A stretch of 64,000 bases of DNA from an uncultured bacterium (GTDB lineage Bacteria; Patescibacteriota; Minisyncoccia; Phycocordibacterales; UBA2100): contig CAIJXH010000004.1 in the NCBI GenBank assembly GCA_903824595.1, positions 40,697-104,696 on the forward strand. The letters are read 5' to 3'. Each line of letters starts with the position of its first letter. Within the stretch, counting starts at the first letter, position 1. This document shows, piece by piece, positions 38,523 to 47,884 of this stretch. A model generated the notes under the pieces. That model saw nothing but the letters and a program-made list of their open reading frames with translations, did not search any database and had not been told where the DNA came from. A program made the translations under genes and the position numbers.

Positions 38523-39012
38523 ACGAGAACGATCGCACAAACTCATCGAGCGTGTCGAGTGTCACGTACAGTGTACCAGGCGGCAATGCTTCACTCACCC
38601 TCTCCGGCCATTCGATGAGAATGAGATTGCCCGGATCGGCGAGTAATTCTGCCCAACCGAGCTTTTTCAATTCATGCGCGCCTTCGAGGCGATACGCGTC
38701 GACGTGCACGAGACGATCAAAAGATTGCCCTGCCGCGCGAGATTCCGCGCCGAGGACATTGTTCGAGCGAAGCGAGTCCCGCAGGCGCGGAATCTCGCGC
38801 GGCAGGGCATAGACTTTTTGTATGACAAACGTGGGACTCACGACCACCTCTTCCACCCCGAGCGCTCGCGCCACATGCTGCGTGAAGGTGGTCTTCCCCG
38901 CACCCAAATCGCCCGAGAGCGCGACCACCGTCGCCCGCTCCCCGCGCGCAAGTCGCGCGAGCAATGCTTCTGCTTCGGAAGCAAGATCGTCGTGATGGAC
39001 TCGTTTCTGCAT
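38509..39012 (-). CDS. tsaE: tRNA t6A biosynthesis ATPase TsaE, with an in-frame palindromic insertion
   Basis: GDLGAGKTT, SPTF, HVDAYRL, IEWPE; TACACT 6 nt before ATG. Confidence 0.92.
   Translation of the reverse strand: MQKRVHHDDLASEAEALLARLARGERATVVALSGDLGAGKTTFTQHVARALGVEEVVVSPTFVIQKVYALPREIPRLRDSLRSNNVLGAESRAAGQSFDRLVHVDAYRLEGAHELKKLGWAELLADPGNLILIEWPERVSEALPPGTLYVTLDTLDEFVRSFSYEIN
38726..38809. repeat. Perfect 26-bp inverted repeat with a GAGCGAAGCG-containing loop, inside tsaE
   Basis: TGCCCTGCCGCGCGAGATTCCGCGCC (38726-38751) is the exact reverse complement of 38784-38809. Confidence 0.9.
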
Positions 39013-39028
39013 GCGAGCAGTGTAGCGC

Positions 39029-39067
39029 AAAAAAGAAGCGGGCGCCTTCGGCGCCCGCTTCTTTTTT
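39029..39067. terminator. Strong intrinsic terminator after rpsG
   Basis: AAAAAAGAAGCGGGCGCC-TTC-GGCGCCCGCTTCTTTTTT. Confidence 0.9.
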
Positions 39068-39082
39068 ATATCATTCAAAACA

Positions 39083-39544
39083 TTACCACGCGAAGTGGGC
39101 AAACGCTTTGTTGGCTTCTGCCATCCTATGAGTCGTTTCTTTCTTGGTGACAGCGGCGCCTTCACCCTTGTGAGCGGCTTTGATTTCGGCGAGGAGTGAT
39201 TCGTGCATCGGTTTGCCCTTGGTGCCTTCTGCAGCATCAACGATCCAACGCAAACCAAGCGCCAAACGACGCTCCGGACGTACTTCGCGAGGAACTTGGT
39301 AATTTGCACCACCCACGCGACGCGAACGAACCTCGACGGTTGGCGACGCCTTATCAAGCGCTTCTTCGAGAATCACGAGCGGATCACCTTCTTTTTTTAG
39401 CTCATCCATCACCTTGTATACAATTTTTGTGGCGGTATCTTTCTTGCCACGTTCCATCACGTAGTTGATGAGCTTGGACACCTTCACCGAGCCATACACA
39501 GCATCTGGCGAAGGCATATTACGATTTTTTACGGGGCGACGCAT
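39083..39544 (-). CDS. rpsG: 30S ribosomal protein S7
   Basis: EVRSRRVGGANYQVP, HRMAEANKAFAHF. Confidence 0.97.
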   Translation of the reverse strand: MRRPVKNRNMPSPDAVYGSVKVSKLINYVMERGKKDTATKIVYKVMDELKKEGDPLVILEEALDKASPTVEVRSRRVGGANYQVPREVRPERRLALGLRWIVDAAEGTKGKPMHESLLAEIKAAHKGEGAAVTKKETTHRMAEANKAFAHFAW

Positions 39545-39565
39545 AGGATTTTAGATTGTTTTACA

Positions 39566-39982
39566 TTATTTCGCCGCCTTCGGTTTCTTCGCTCCATAGA
39601 GCGAACGACCACGACGACGTTTCTCTATACCGGCAGTATCGAGCTTGCCACGGACGATTGTATAGCGCAAGCCGATGTCTTTTACGCGGCCACCGCGCAC
39701 TAAAACGACGGAGTGCTCCTGCAAGTTGTGCCCCTCTCCCGGAATGTACGCCGTGATTTCCATACCGTTGGTGAGACGCACGCGGGCGATTTTACGAATG
39801 GCGGAGTTTGGCTTGCGGGGCGTCTTGGTGGTAACGCGCGTACACACACCGCGCTTGAAAGGCGCAGGATAGAACGACGGACGGTTTTTGAGCGTATTGA
39901 AACCGCGCGAAAGCGCGATGGTCTTGGTGCGCCACGTCTTCTGTGTGCGACCTTTGCGAGCAAGTTGATTGATAGTTGACAT
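39566..39982 (-). CDS. rpsL: 30S ribosomal protein S12
   Basis: [40 protein letters not shown]. Confidence 0.97.
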   Translation of the reverse strand: MSTINQLARKGRTQKTWRTKTIALSRGFNTLKNRPSFYPAPFKRGVCTRVTTKTPRKPNSAIRKIARVRLTNGMEITAYIPGEGHNLQEHSVVLVRGGRVKDIGLRYTIVRGKLDTAGIEKRRRGRSLYGAKKPKAAK

Positions 39983-40256
39983 GATTGACAATGAAAAATC
40001 CCCATGAGGGTACGCGGAGCATACTATCAATCCATATTTCACGCAAGCTTCTCGCCAGACGGATCCTAAAAAGCTAGTGCACGTCGGTTATGCACGTGCG
40101 CGCGTAGGGAGAGCAAAGCTTGTAGTGCTGTCCTGTACTTTCGTAACGATATGCACTCATGTCGGCTGGAGGCAGCGCAACATCGGACATTTGAATATCT
40201 GAAGCAACAATACTCCAATCTGCAGCAAGTTTAGATAATGTCGTCCCAAAAAATCG

Positions 40257-40277
40257 TCCGCAGGTTTAACCTGCGGA
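40257..40277. repeat. REP-like palindrome, copy 1 (TCCGCAGGTTTAACCTGCGGA)
   Basis: Perfect palindrome just upstream of the RAYT gene. Confidence 0.88.
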
Positions 40278-40298
40278 ATTGGTGTTAGAATGGATAGC

Positions 40299-40985
40299 AT
40301 GTCTACCCGACCACCCATGGCGATTGGCGAATGGTACCACTGCTACACTCGCGGGGTCGACAAGCGAAAAGTATTTGAATCGCAGGAAGATTATGATCGT
40401 TTTCTGGTGCATCTTTACGTCGCCAATGGAACGCGAAATATTCGCGTATCCGATATGCGCGACACGCGACTTAAGAGGGTTTTGGAGGATGAATCGCTCG
40501 ATCGAGGTCATCCGATTGTTGAAATTGGAGCGTACTCGCTCATGCCAACCCATGTTCATTTTCTGTTGCGGGAAATCAGAGACGGCGGTATTGCGCTTTT
40601 CATGCAAAAGACCTTCACCGGGTATACGATGTATTTCAATAACAAGAACGAGCGCACTGGGGCGCTTTTTTCCGGCACGTTCAAATCGAAACACGTAAAC
40701 GAAGATCGGTATCTGAAACAAGTCATTCCCTACATACTCCTCAACCCCGTGGAATTGTTCTATCCCGACTGGAAGAACGGCATCGGCGATATTGATTCCG
40801 TGGAGAAAAAATTGCTCGCGTACCCCTACTCAAGTTTGCAAGAGTTTCAGAGTGTTAGCATCGAACGCCCGCATAAAAAAATCGTGAACGGCTCCTTTGA
40901 AATGTATTACGAGCAACTCCCCACACTCTCACAAATGCTCAGTGACGCGCAAGAGTATTATCGGGAACGCCGTCCGCAGGTTTAA
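40299..40985 (+). mobile_element. REP-associated tyrosine (Y1/HUH) transposase, RAYT/IS200-like
   Basis: YHCYTRG, AYSLMPTHVH (HUH), G.LF...FKS, YILLNP (catalytic Tyr), YPYSS; identical palindromes on both sides. Confidence 0.88.
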
Positions 40986-40993
40986 CCTGCGGA
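40973..40993. repeat. REP-like palindrome, copy 2 (contains the RAYT stop codon)
   Basis: Identical to copy 1; TAA 40983-40985 lies at the palindrome centre. Confidence 0.88.
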
Positions 40994-41034
40994 AGCTGAA
41001 AACTCTCCATGTTTTACTATCTATCATAAAACTA

Positions 41035-41060
41035 CGACCTGGAACTTTCGTTCCAGGTCG
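41035..41060. terminator. Hairpin between convergent genes
   Basis: CGACCTGGAAC-TTTC-GTTCCAGGTCG, 11-bp stem, no clear T-tract. Confidence 0.5.
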
Positions 41061-41071
41061 CCTCCAATCTC

Positions 41072-41593
41072 TCAATCAGAGAGAGGAGCTAGTTTCCTCA
41101 ACACATCGAGGTCGTCTTCAATATCCCATCCGTGTTCACGCAGCCCTTCCGCGATTCGGATGACCAACTCGTGATCCATCAATTCAGACAACCCCGAGAA
41201 CGACAGAATGATCCACTCGGATATTCGACCCTCACCATGACGCGCGCACACGGTAATTGCACCGGCATATTTTTCAGTCGCCCGATCCCGCGATTGACAG
41301 GATGCTCGATGTTGCTCATTGAAAAACCCTCCATATAGGCGCAGAGCTTTTTCCGTCGCAAATCGGATATATTTTTCCATTTTGCCCCGGTTTACTCCAT
41401 CAAAACAACATGCGAACAAGGGCTCTGGGGTAGTGATCGAACCTCGATTGCATGGCACTGGGGTCACATGGAATACCTGCAAACAACCACCCTTACCTTG
41501 TTCTGTCTCGTTTCCTGCGACCAATTTAACCAGAGCTTGCTCGGCAACGTCTCGTACAAGACGAGACCGTTCTTCAGTGAGGCGCATATCCAT
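41072..41593 (-). CDS. Hypothetical protein, possibly GlcG/HbpS-like fold
   Basis: GGAGG before ATG; FATEKALRL...YAGAI...SFSG....D pattern. Confidence 0.55.
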   Translation of the reverse strand: MDMRLTEERSRLVRDVAEQALVKLVAGNETEQGKGGCLQVFHVTPVPCNRGSITTPEPLFACCFDGVNRGKMEKYIRFATEKALRLYGGFFNEQHRASCQSRDRATEKYAGAITVCARHGEGRISEWIILSFSGLSELMDHELVIRIAEGLREHGWDIEDDLDVLRKLAPLSD

Positions 41594-41691
41594 CTCCTCC
41601 AAATCACAAAATGCCCAACCTCCACAGCTGGAGATTTCTCCAGCAACAATATCGCATAACGGCACATGGGTCAAAACTACGAATCCTTTTC

Positions 41692-41710
41692 CCGCAGGTT
41701 TAACCTGCGG
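41692..41710. repeat. REP-like palindrome, copy 3
   Basis: CCGCAGGTTTAACCTGCGG, 15 nt after the stop of the ung remnant. Confidence 0.88.
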
Positions 41711-41725
41711 ATTTTGTTCAACTTA

Positions 41726-41847
41726 CTACCACTCAATCTCCTTCTGCCCGTGCTCTTTCAGGTACGCATTCGCCTTTGAAAAGGGTTTGGATCCGAAGAA
41801 ACCGGAGTGGGCGGAAAAGGGCGACGGGTGCGGCGATTCGATGACGA
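41726..41847 (-). pseudogene. Orphan 3' end of uracil-DNA glycosylase (attR-like)
   Basis: Translates [39 protein letters not shown]-stop; 41784-41847 is 63/64 identical to ung 43359-43422. Confidence 0.9.
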
Positions 41848-41855
41848 AAGGAGTG

Positions 41856-43160
41856 TCAGTAGATCGGGACACAATTCGAGTCAAATTGAGATAAGTCGAC
41901 AGTCTGATTATTCCAGATCTTCAAGTCACCAGATCTCGGAAGACAGCAGTTACGACGCATAGTATTCGATGGATTGCTCTCCACGCGTGCCCGCTCTCGA
42001 CAACTTACTTGCCACTGGATGGAACCGACAAAATGGGCTAAGCAGTAATGCTCACCAGCTTGCCAATCGGACCAGGTAGCGTTTGCAAGATTATTTTCTT
42101 TAAATATACAGAGTGTTGGATCATTATTCTGAGTTGCTTTAAATGTTCGATTGCGAGAGACACATCTTATATAGTACCTCTGTGCATTCTTCATATTCAC
42201 CTCCATATCCTCGTTATCCATGTTATCAGCATCAATAATCGATACCGCAGGGTTGTTTTGAGGTACATCCTGTACTTGATCCCACCCATCTTTCATTATT
42301 ATCGTCGCCGATGGGATAACTTCGAGACCCGTCACGCCAGGATAAAGCGCTTCACAATTTGACTGCCCCGATTGTGCAGCAGCCTGTGATTTTGAATCCT
42401 TACAATTGAGATTATATTGATTGTCTCGCAGCGTACAGTCTTTTAGATTTTGTTCATACTGCGGATCCGCCTGATCAAGACACTGGGTCAACTGCCTGCG
42501 CCCTTCCTGAACCACCACGCCCTCCGTATCTCCACCCGAAAGATAGCATAGTGATGGCAGATGTATCTTCGTAGCAATGGCAAATATGAGATCTCGTCCC
42601 CCCATTACAGGTGCGAAAGGCCCCACGATCACTACGATCATGAGTGCGGTCAGGACGGACGCGTATTGTGTGCGTCGTATCGGATACTGCGCGCCACGTA
42701 TCACTCTCGATACTAGTATCGAAAGACCCGCAAAAAGCGCTATCAGCAAGCAAGCGGCCATGTTTCTAAAAACAAATACTACTTCACCGGCAGCAGCCAT
42801 TGCTGCAATGAGAGGAAATGGAAGTCTAGTGCCGCTGCCAAGACGTACATCTACATCTGCGAGGAGGAGGAATAAACATGAAGACAATACCAGCACCAAT
42901 AGAGTTAAGAAAACTGAAACCAATCCCCCAACTGAATAAACAAGTGCATCCGATACCGGACGGGAAGTATCAGGAGATATAGAGCGTGCGACGAGGAATG
43001 GTCCGCAGAGCGCCAATATGACTAAACCAAGATAATAAACTTCCTCCCCTATTACCCGATATAAGACAAGGTGTGCGATTGTATACACTGGCAAGAAAAC
43101 AAAGATAAAAAAGAAAGTTAGCGCGCTGAAAAAAAGTATGTGTCTATATTTTTTTTTCAT
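41856..43160 (-). CDS. Hypothetical multi-TM protein with a Cys-rich extracellular C-terminal domain
   Basis: About 5 TM helices followed by a Cys/Asn/Gln-rich domain; visibly AT-rich; TGCTATATT 7 nt before ATG. Confidence 0.7.
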   Translation of the reverse strand: MKKKYRHILFFSALTFFFIFVFLPVYTIAHLVLYRVIGEEVYYLGLVILALCGPFLVARSISPDTSRPVSDALVYSVGGLVSVFLTLLVLVLSSCLFLLLADVDVRLGSGTRLPFPLIAAMAAAGEVVFVFRNMAACLLIALFAGLSILVSRVIRGAQYPIRRTQYASVLTALMIVVIVGPFAPVMGGRDLIFAIATKIHLPSLCYLSGGDTEGVVVQEGRRQLTQCLDQADPQYEQNLKDCTLRDNQYNLNCKDSKSQAAAQSGQSNCEALYPGVTGLEVIPSATIIMKDGWDQVQDVPQNNPAVSIIDADNMDNEDMEVNMKNAQRYYIRCVSRNRTFKATQNNDPTLCIFKENNLANATWSDWQAGEHYCLAHFVGSIQWQVSCRERARVESNPSNTMRRNCCLPRSGDLKIWNNQTVDLSQFDSNCVPIY

Positions 43161-43237
43161 CAGCACAAATATAGCACGGGTGCATGCACGAGACAAACAT
43201 GACTCCCCTGTCGCCGCGCGACGATGAATCCCGCTTT

Positions 43238-43270
43238 CGTCCGCAGGTCGTCCGCAGGTTTAACCTGCGG
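43238..43270. repeat. REP-like palindrome, copy 4, with a tandemly duplicated left arm
   Basis: CGTCCGCAGGT-CGTCCGCAGGT-TTAACCTGCGG, 30 nt after the ung stop. Confidence 0.88.
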
Positions 43271-43300
43271 TTTTTGATCCGATACTTGAATGTGCAAAAG

Positions 43301-43966
43301 CTACCACTCTATGGGCGCTTTCCCGTGTTTGCCGAGGTCGGTATTTGCTCTGGAGAACGGTTTGGATCCGAAGAAACCGGAGTGGGCGGAAAAGGGCGAC
43401 GGATGCGGCGATTCGATGACGAGATGGCGCGCGCGGTCGATGTGCGCGCCTTTGTGCCTCGCGTAGTTGCCCCAGAGGATGAAGACGATATGTTCGCGCT
43501 CTTCGGCAAGTTTTTGTATCGCCGCGTCGGTGAATTGTTCCCAGCCTTTGCCTTGGTGCGAGCAGGCTACGCCGGCTCGCACCGTGAGCGTCGCATTCAG
43601 AAGCAGCACACCCTGCTTCGCCCAGCGCGACAGATCGGTATCGCGACTCACCGGATGCCCGAGGTCGGATGCTAGTTCCTTGAATATATTTTGAAGCGAT
43701 GGTGGCGTCGCTACACCCGAACGCACCGCAAAACACAGCCCGTTCGCCTGTCCTTCTCCATGATACGGATCTTGCCCGAGAATCACCACTTTCACCTCAT
43801 CAAACGGACACTCATCAAATGCACGGAACACCTGCTTGGGCGGCGGAAACACTCGCGCACTCTTGTATTCCTCACGCACGAAACTCGCAAGTGATTGAAA
43901 GTACGACTGTTCGAACTCTGCCGCCAGTCTCTCTCTCCATCCTCCACTTATTTTTACTTCTACCAT
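43301..43966 (-). CDS. ung: Uracil-DNA glycosylase (family 1)
   Basis: GQDPYH, PPSL, GVLLLN, HPSP. Confidence 0.96.
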   Translation of the reverse strand: MVEVKISGGWRERLAAEFEQSYFQSLASFVREEYKSARVFPPPKQVFRAFDECPFDEVKVVILGQDPYHGEGQANGLCFAVRSGVATPPSLQNIFKELASDLGHPVSRDTDLSRWAKQGVLLLNATLTVRAGVACSHQGKGWEQFTDAAIQKLAEEREHIVFILWGNYARHKGAHIDRARHLVIESPHPSPFSAHSGFFGSKPFSRANTDLGKHGKAPIEW

Positions 43967-44031
43967 CGTATCATCGTACGACACTCGACAAATTTTGCCA
44001 TGCCAATACACCAATGCTACACTCCCCGTAT

Positions 44032-44622
44032 ATGAACACCACAGCACAAATGCTCGTGCCGATGGTCGTCGAGAAGACGTCTATGGGCGAACGGGCGTAC
44101 GATATTTATTCGCGTTTGCTCAAGGAGCGCATTGTCTTTCTCGGCGGCCCCATCGACAGCGACGTCGCCAACCTCGTCGTTGCACAGCTCTTATTCCTCG
44201 CCAGCGAAGACCCTAAGAAAGATATTTCGTTCTACATAAATTCCCCGGGCGGACACGTCTCGGCAGGACTTGCCATTCTCGACACTATGAATCACATCCA
44301 GCCCGCAGTTTCTACGGTATGCGTTGGCATTGCCGCTTCTATGGGTGCCGTGTTGCTTTCTGCGGGCGAAAAAGGTAAGCGATTTGTGTTGCCCAATGCC
44401 GAAGTGATGATCCACCAACCATCGGGCGGCGCGGAAGGACAGGCGACCGATATCGAAATAACCGCCAAGCACATCATCGCCACACGCGCCCGTCTCAACA
44501 AAATCCTTGCAAAAAACACATCCCAGAAACTCGACAAGATAGAACAAGACGTTGATCGCGACTTTTTCATGACTGCCGAAGAGGCAGTTACATACGGCAT
44601 TGTGGATAGCGTGCTCGTATAA
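44032..44622 (+). CDS. clpP: ATP-dependent Clp protease proteolytic subunit
   Basis: [32 protein letters not shown]. Confidence 0.97.
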   Translation: MNTTAQMLVPMVVEKTSMGERAYDIYSRLLKERIVFLGGPIDSDVANLVVAQLLFLASEDPKKDISFYINSPGGHVSAGLAILDTMNHIQPAVSTVCVGIAASMGAVLLSAGEKGKRFVLPNAEVMIHQPSGGAEGQATDIEITAKHIIATRARLNKILAKNTSQKLDKIEQDVDRDFFMTAEEAVTYGIVDSVLV

Positions 44623-44683
44623 AACCACCCTCAACGTGCTGATGTGATTTTGAAAATAGCTCTACATATGGTACATAGACAGG

Positions 44684-45151
44684 ATGGAATCTAAATCTAT
44701 CCTAAAAGAATTGCTCGAATCTGCCGGATTGCTTCATTCCGACATCCTTATAACAGAGCTCGCGGGACAAACGATACTCACTATCGAGACCGAAGATGCG
44801 CCCGCTATTATCGGCTCACACGGTGACGCGCTGCACGCTCTCGATCATCTCGTGCGCAAGATTGTCGAGAAACGCACCGTTTCTTCCGAACATGCACCTC
44901 ACGACACGCATCATCCACTCGTAGACGTTGACGGGTATCGCACCAAACAAATCAAAGATTTGCAAGCAAAAGCAATCATGATGGCAGAGCGCGCTCGCTC
45001 GTTCCAATACGACGTCGAGCTGACACCCATGAGTTCCTACGAGCGTCTCATCGTGCACACCACACTTGCCGATGCCCCACACGTAAAGACAGAATCCCAA
45101 GGAGAAGGTCGCGACCGACGAGTCGTCATCCGATATCGCGAGCACGCATAA
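44684..45151 (+). CDS. Jag/KhpB-like KH-R3H RNA-binding protein
   Basis: IIGSHG..L.AL, DVDGYR, PMSSYERLIVH, SQGEGRDRRV. Confidence 0.88.
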   Translation: MESKSILKELLESAGLLHSDILITELAGQTILTIETEDAPAIIGSHGDALHALDHLVRKIVEKRTVSSEHAPHDTHHPLVDVDGYRTKQIKDLQAKAIMMAERARSFQYDVELTPMSSYERLIVHTTLADAPHVKTESQGEGRDRRVVIRYREHA

Positions 45152-45169
45152 CCAAAACCGTTACGGCAT

Positions 45170-45604
45170 TCACGTGCGCGCAGGCAAGTACGTCTGCAGA
45201 TCGAGTATGTGCGGATTGATTTGATTGAGAATAATCCATACCGCAATAAGAAGGACGATGCCGAGCATCGTGTCTTTGATTATTTGCTTTGCTTTTTCTT
45301 TGTCTGTCCACAAATCACTTGCCATATATTCATATCCTGCCCACACAAGACGAATGACCGCCAACATGCCACCAATCGAGATCGAGGCGAAGAAGAATCT
45401 GTTTACAAACCCGCTCAAATCGCCCATAGCGCCTTGGTTGTATAGCGCATCAAGCTTGGTTCCTGAATAACATACCAGCGACACAAATCCATCGGTCCTC
45501 TGATTTTCACATGAATCACCGTACACGCCGTATGGTATGCCACACAAGAATGAGGCGACACCTGTCATACAGAAGATCACAAAGTAATTGAGTGTCTTTT
45601 TCAT
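45170..45604 (-). CDS. TrbC/VirB2-like (CPR) pilin
   Basis: LAVIRLVWAGYEYM...AK..I.....G......IIL..INP two-TM motif. Confidence 0.8.
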   Translation of the reverse strand: MKKTLNYFVIFCMTGVASFLCGIPYGVYGDSCENQRTDGFVSLVCYSGTKLDALYNQGAMGDLSGFVNRFFFASISIGGMLAVIRLVWAGYEYMASDLWTDKEKAKQIIKDTMLGIVLLIAVWIILNQINPHILDLQTYLPART

Positions 45605-45608
45605 TGTG

Positions 45609-46814
45609 TTATGCGTCAATGCGCAGCGACCACAGAGATTGATCGATTGCATTCTTGAAGATAAGATACTTTCCGCGCACGTCAATAGAAGGGTCTTGCA
45701 CATCCACGGGCGTATCGGGCACAAACAAAGTTTCCACGACTCCCGTACGAACGTCAATCTTCCACCACTGATCAGCAAGATGCACCTCACCACGATACCA
45801 CATATCGAGAAAACCATGATTCATAATAGGTGGTGCTGCACAAAATACGACAAATTGATCCGTCGGCGACCATACACATTTATCAGCTATTGTCTTGAGC
45901 GAGACGGGTGTCGTCGTACCATTCACGCGAACAAACAGGGTTGGCTGCTCATCAAAGGTGCTGTACACCATTGACGTGGAAGAGGCGCGCGGCAATACCG
46001 CAAGACCATTACCTCGCGCAAGCGGAACAAGAACATTGTTTTTTTGTACCTCATACGCGTATCCCGCAACACCATCAGCAGGATTTTGTGCGACGATGAT
46101 ACGCCCGTCGGCAAGCCACCGTACGTTCCACCCTACAATATTTGATGAAAATATCTGCATAGGCTTCGATCCGTCGACCCCAGAACGCACGCCCACTAGT
46201 TTGCCTTGTGACGGCAAGAGCGCGACAATTTCTTTTCCAGAAGCACTAAACGCGACAGACTGTACAGTTTTGGCAAGCGGTTTGACGATGAGGGGAGCTA
46301 TTTCAGCGCTCGTGATCTGAACCGTGCCCATACTCGCGCCATCAGCGTTGCGTTCAATTACTCGTCCATCAGAGCTGATAATCGCATCGTATACCGATGG
46401 GACGAGGGTGTTGGTAACACGGACGACCGTGTTCGTATCTAAAAACGCATCAAACACGTTGCCCGTTGCCCGTTCCACAAATCTCACCCGTGTTGAAGAT
46501 GTACCCATGGCGACAAAACCATCCCCTGCGACTGGCTCCGCCGCAATATGCCACGCGCGCGGGAGCGTCGAAGACGCAACAACGTGCGGCGACACATCGC
46601 GCACAGACTGGGCACCACTCGACGATGAGACGAGTTCTTTCGTTCTTTGAGTAGGTCCAAATGACACATCGCCGCCAAGCGCACTCCCCGTGTGGTCATT
46701 CTGAATCCCACGAATTTTTGATTGCAAGAATATATACCACCCGGCAAGCGCCACCACACTCAACACCGTCATGCTGATGAGAAATATTTTTGAGTATTTG
46801 ATGAGAGATTCCAT
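45609..46814 (-). CDS. Membrane-anchored beta-propeller-like protein
   Basis: N-terminal TM; ERATGNVF, ADKCVW, WYRG motifs; beta-rich. Confidence 0.65.
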   Translation of the reverse strand: MESLIKYSKIFLISMTVLSVVALAGWYIFLQSKIRGIQNDHTGSALGGDVSFGPTQRTKELVSSSSGAQSVRDVSPHVVASSTLPRAWHIAAEPVAGDGFVAMGTSSTRVRFVERATGNVFDAFLDTNTVVRVTNTLVPSVYDAIISSDGRVIERNADGASMGTVQITSAEIAPLIVKPLAKTVQSVAFSASGKEIVALLPSQGKLVGVRSGVDGSKPMQIFSSNIVGWNVRWLADGRIIVAQNPADGVAGYAYEVQKNNVLVPLARGNGLAVLPRASSTSMVYSTFDEQPTLFVRVNGTTTPVSLKTIADKCVWSPTDQFVVFCAAPPIMNHGFLDMWYRGEVHLADQWWKIDVRTGVVETLFVPDTPVDVQDPSIDVRGKYLIFKNAIDQSLWSLRIDA

Positions 46815-46824
46815 ACGCTGAGTA

Positions 46825-47808
46825 TTATCGTGCTACGTTCGAAAATAAAATAGTTCCCGCGCCCGATGAATTGAGAAACATGTTGGCGGAAGACGTGAGA
46901 GATACACGCACTTGAGCTTCGTGAGTCTTTGCTCCCTCCGCGCCAATAGTCAGACGATTTGGCTGTGAGCGATTGAAAGGCACCTGCGCACCATTGAGCG
47001 TCCAATCGTACTGAAGCGATGCGTCTCTGGGATCAGATGCAAGATAATACGGGACCGCCACAAGCGACATTTCCACATCATGTGCATCTTCTTGCGCGCC
47101 AATGGCACGATAATAGGTAACGCCGAGCAACGGATCGTCCTGATATAAAACAATATATGGCTCTTTCGATGCAATACGCACCGATGATTCTGTGGCAAGC
47201 GTCCCATCTGTCGTGTGCGCCTCCACCGAAATAGTGTCCGATCCAAACAACACGGGACTTGGAATAATCGCTGATGATTTTCCCACACCAGATACCGACT
47301 GAAGCACCGACACCCCTTTGCGCCACGTAAATATAATGTCTTGTAGCGGCACGAGATGACCATCAGGACGCTTGAAACGCGGGATTGCTTCGAGATGAAG
47401 CATTGAACCAGCAGAAGGAAGCGCACGGCCGCGGAAAGCTTGCGGTACGTACGAGTCTGATTCCCACAATAAATCGAGTTCGGTGGGGCGAATCACCGTG
47501 CTCGCTCGCCCCACTCCATCGACTACTGCATCGACTGCTGTCTCCGATCCAAGGGGACCTGCGGTTACGTCGATTGCGCGCGAGGTGTTTGCGCTTTTTT
47601 TTCCATTGACAACCCATGTCACCGTTCCACTTCCAGCGCCATCAGTAACACTATCAACCGTGATATGAACACTATCACCGGGCCGCGGATATTTCGGCGA
47701 TACTGTCAAAGACACGTCGCCCCCGTCAATCGCTTGCGCATGTGCCAATACAGTCAACATCGCCCACATAAACACACCGTACATCATCATCTGTCGTCTT
47801 CGTGCCAT
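46825..47808 (-). CDS. Secreted Ig-like hypothetical protein
   Basis: Signal peptide; SP..P.PG, DLLWE.DSYVP..F.GRALP. Confidence 0.65.
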   Translation of the reverse strand: MARRRQMMMYGVFMWAMLTVLAHAQAIDGGDVSLTVSPKYPRPGDSVHITVDSVTDGAGSGTVTWVVNGKKSANTSRAIDVTAGPLGSETAVDAVVDGVGRASTVIRPTELDLLWESDSYVPQAFRGRALPSAGSMLHLEAIPRFKRPDGHLVPLQDIIFTWRKGVSVLQSVSGVGKSSAIIPSPVLFGSDTISVEAHTTDGTLATESSVRIASKEPYIVLYQDDPLLGVTYYRAIGAQEDAHDVEMSLVAVPYYLASDPRDASLQYDWTLNGAQVPFNRSQPNRLTIGAEGAKTHEAQVRVSLTSSANMFLNSSGAGTILFSNVAR

Positions 47809-47884
47809 GCGTCTAGTATATCGCGCCGCCAGCAATACCGAGTGATAGGTAAAGTCAAATAGGGTAACTGTGCCCATCTACACA

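Noticed and set aside
40044-40250. Possible ncRNA or 38-aa ORF between rpsL and RAYT
   Set aside because: Only short stems (GTGCA/TGCAC, AAGCTT pair); no recognisable family or translation signal.
43149-43157. A9 tract at the start of the cargo gene as a phase-variation switch
   Set aside because: In frame, and Lys-codon A-runs also follow the start of pnp; no evidence of slippage without reads.
40257-43270. Palindromic repeats as a CRISPR array or integron attC sites
   Set aside because: Spacing is 0.7-1.6 kb, there are no GTTRRRY/RYYYAAC ends or tyrosine integrase, and they associate with an HUH transposase.
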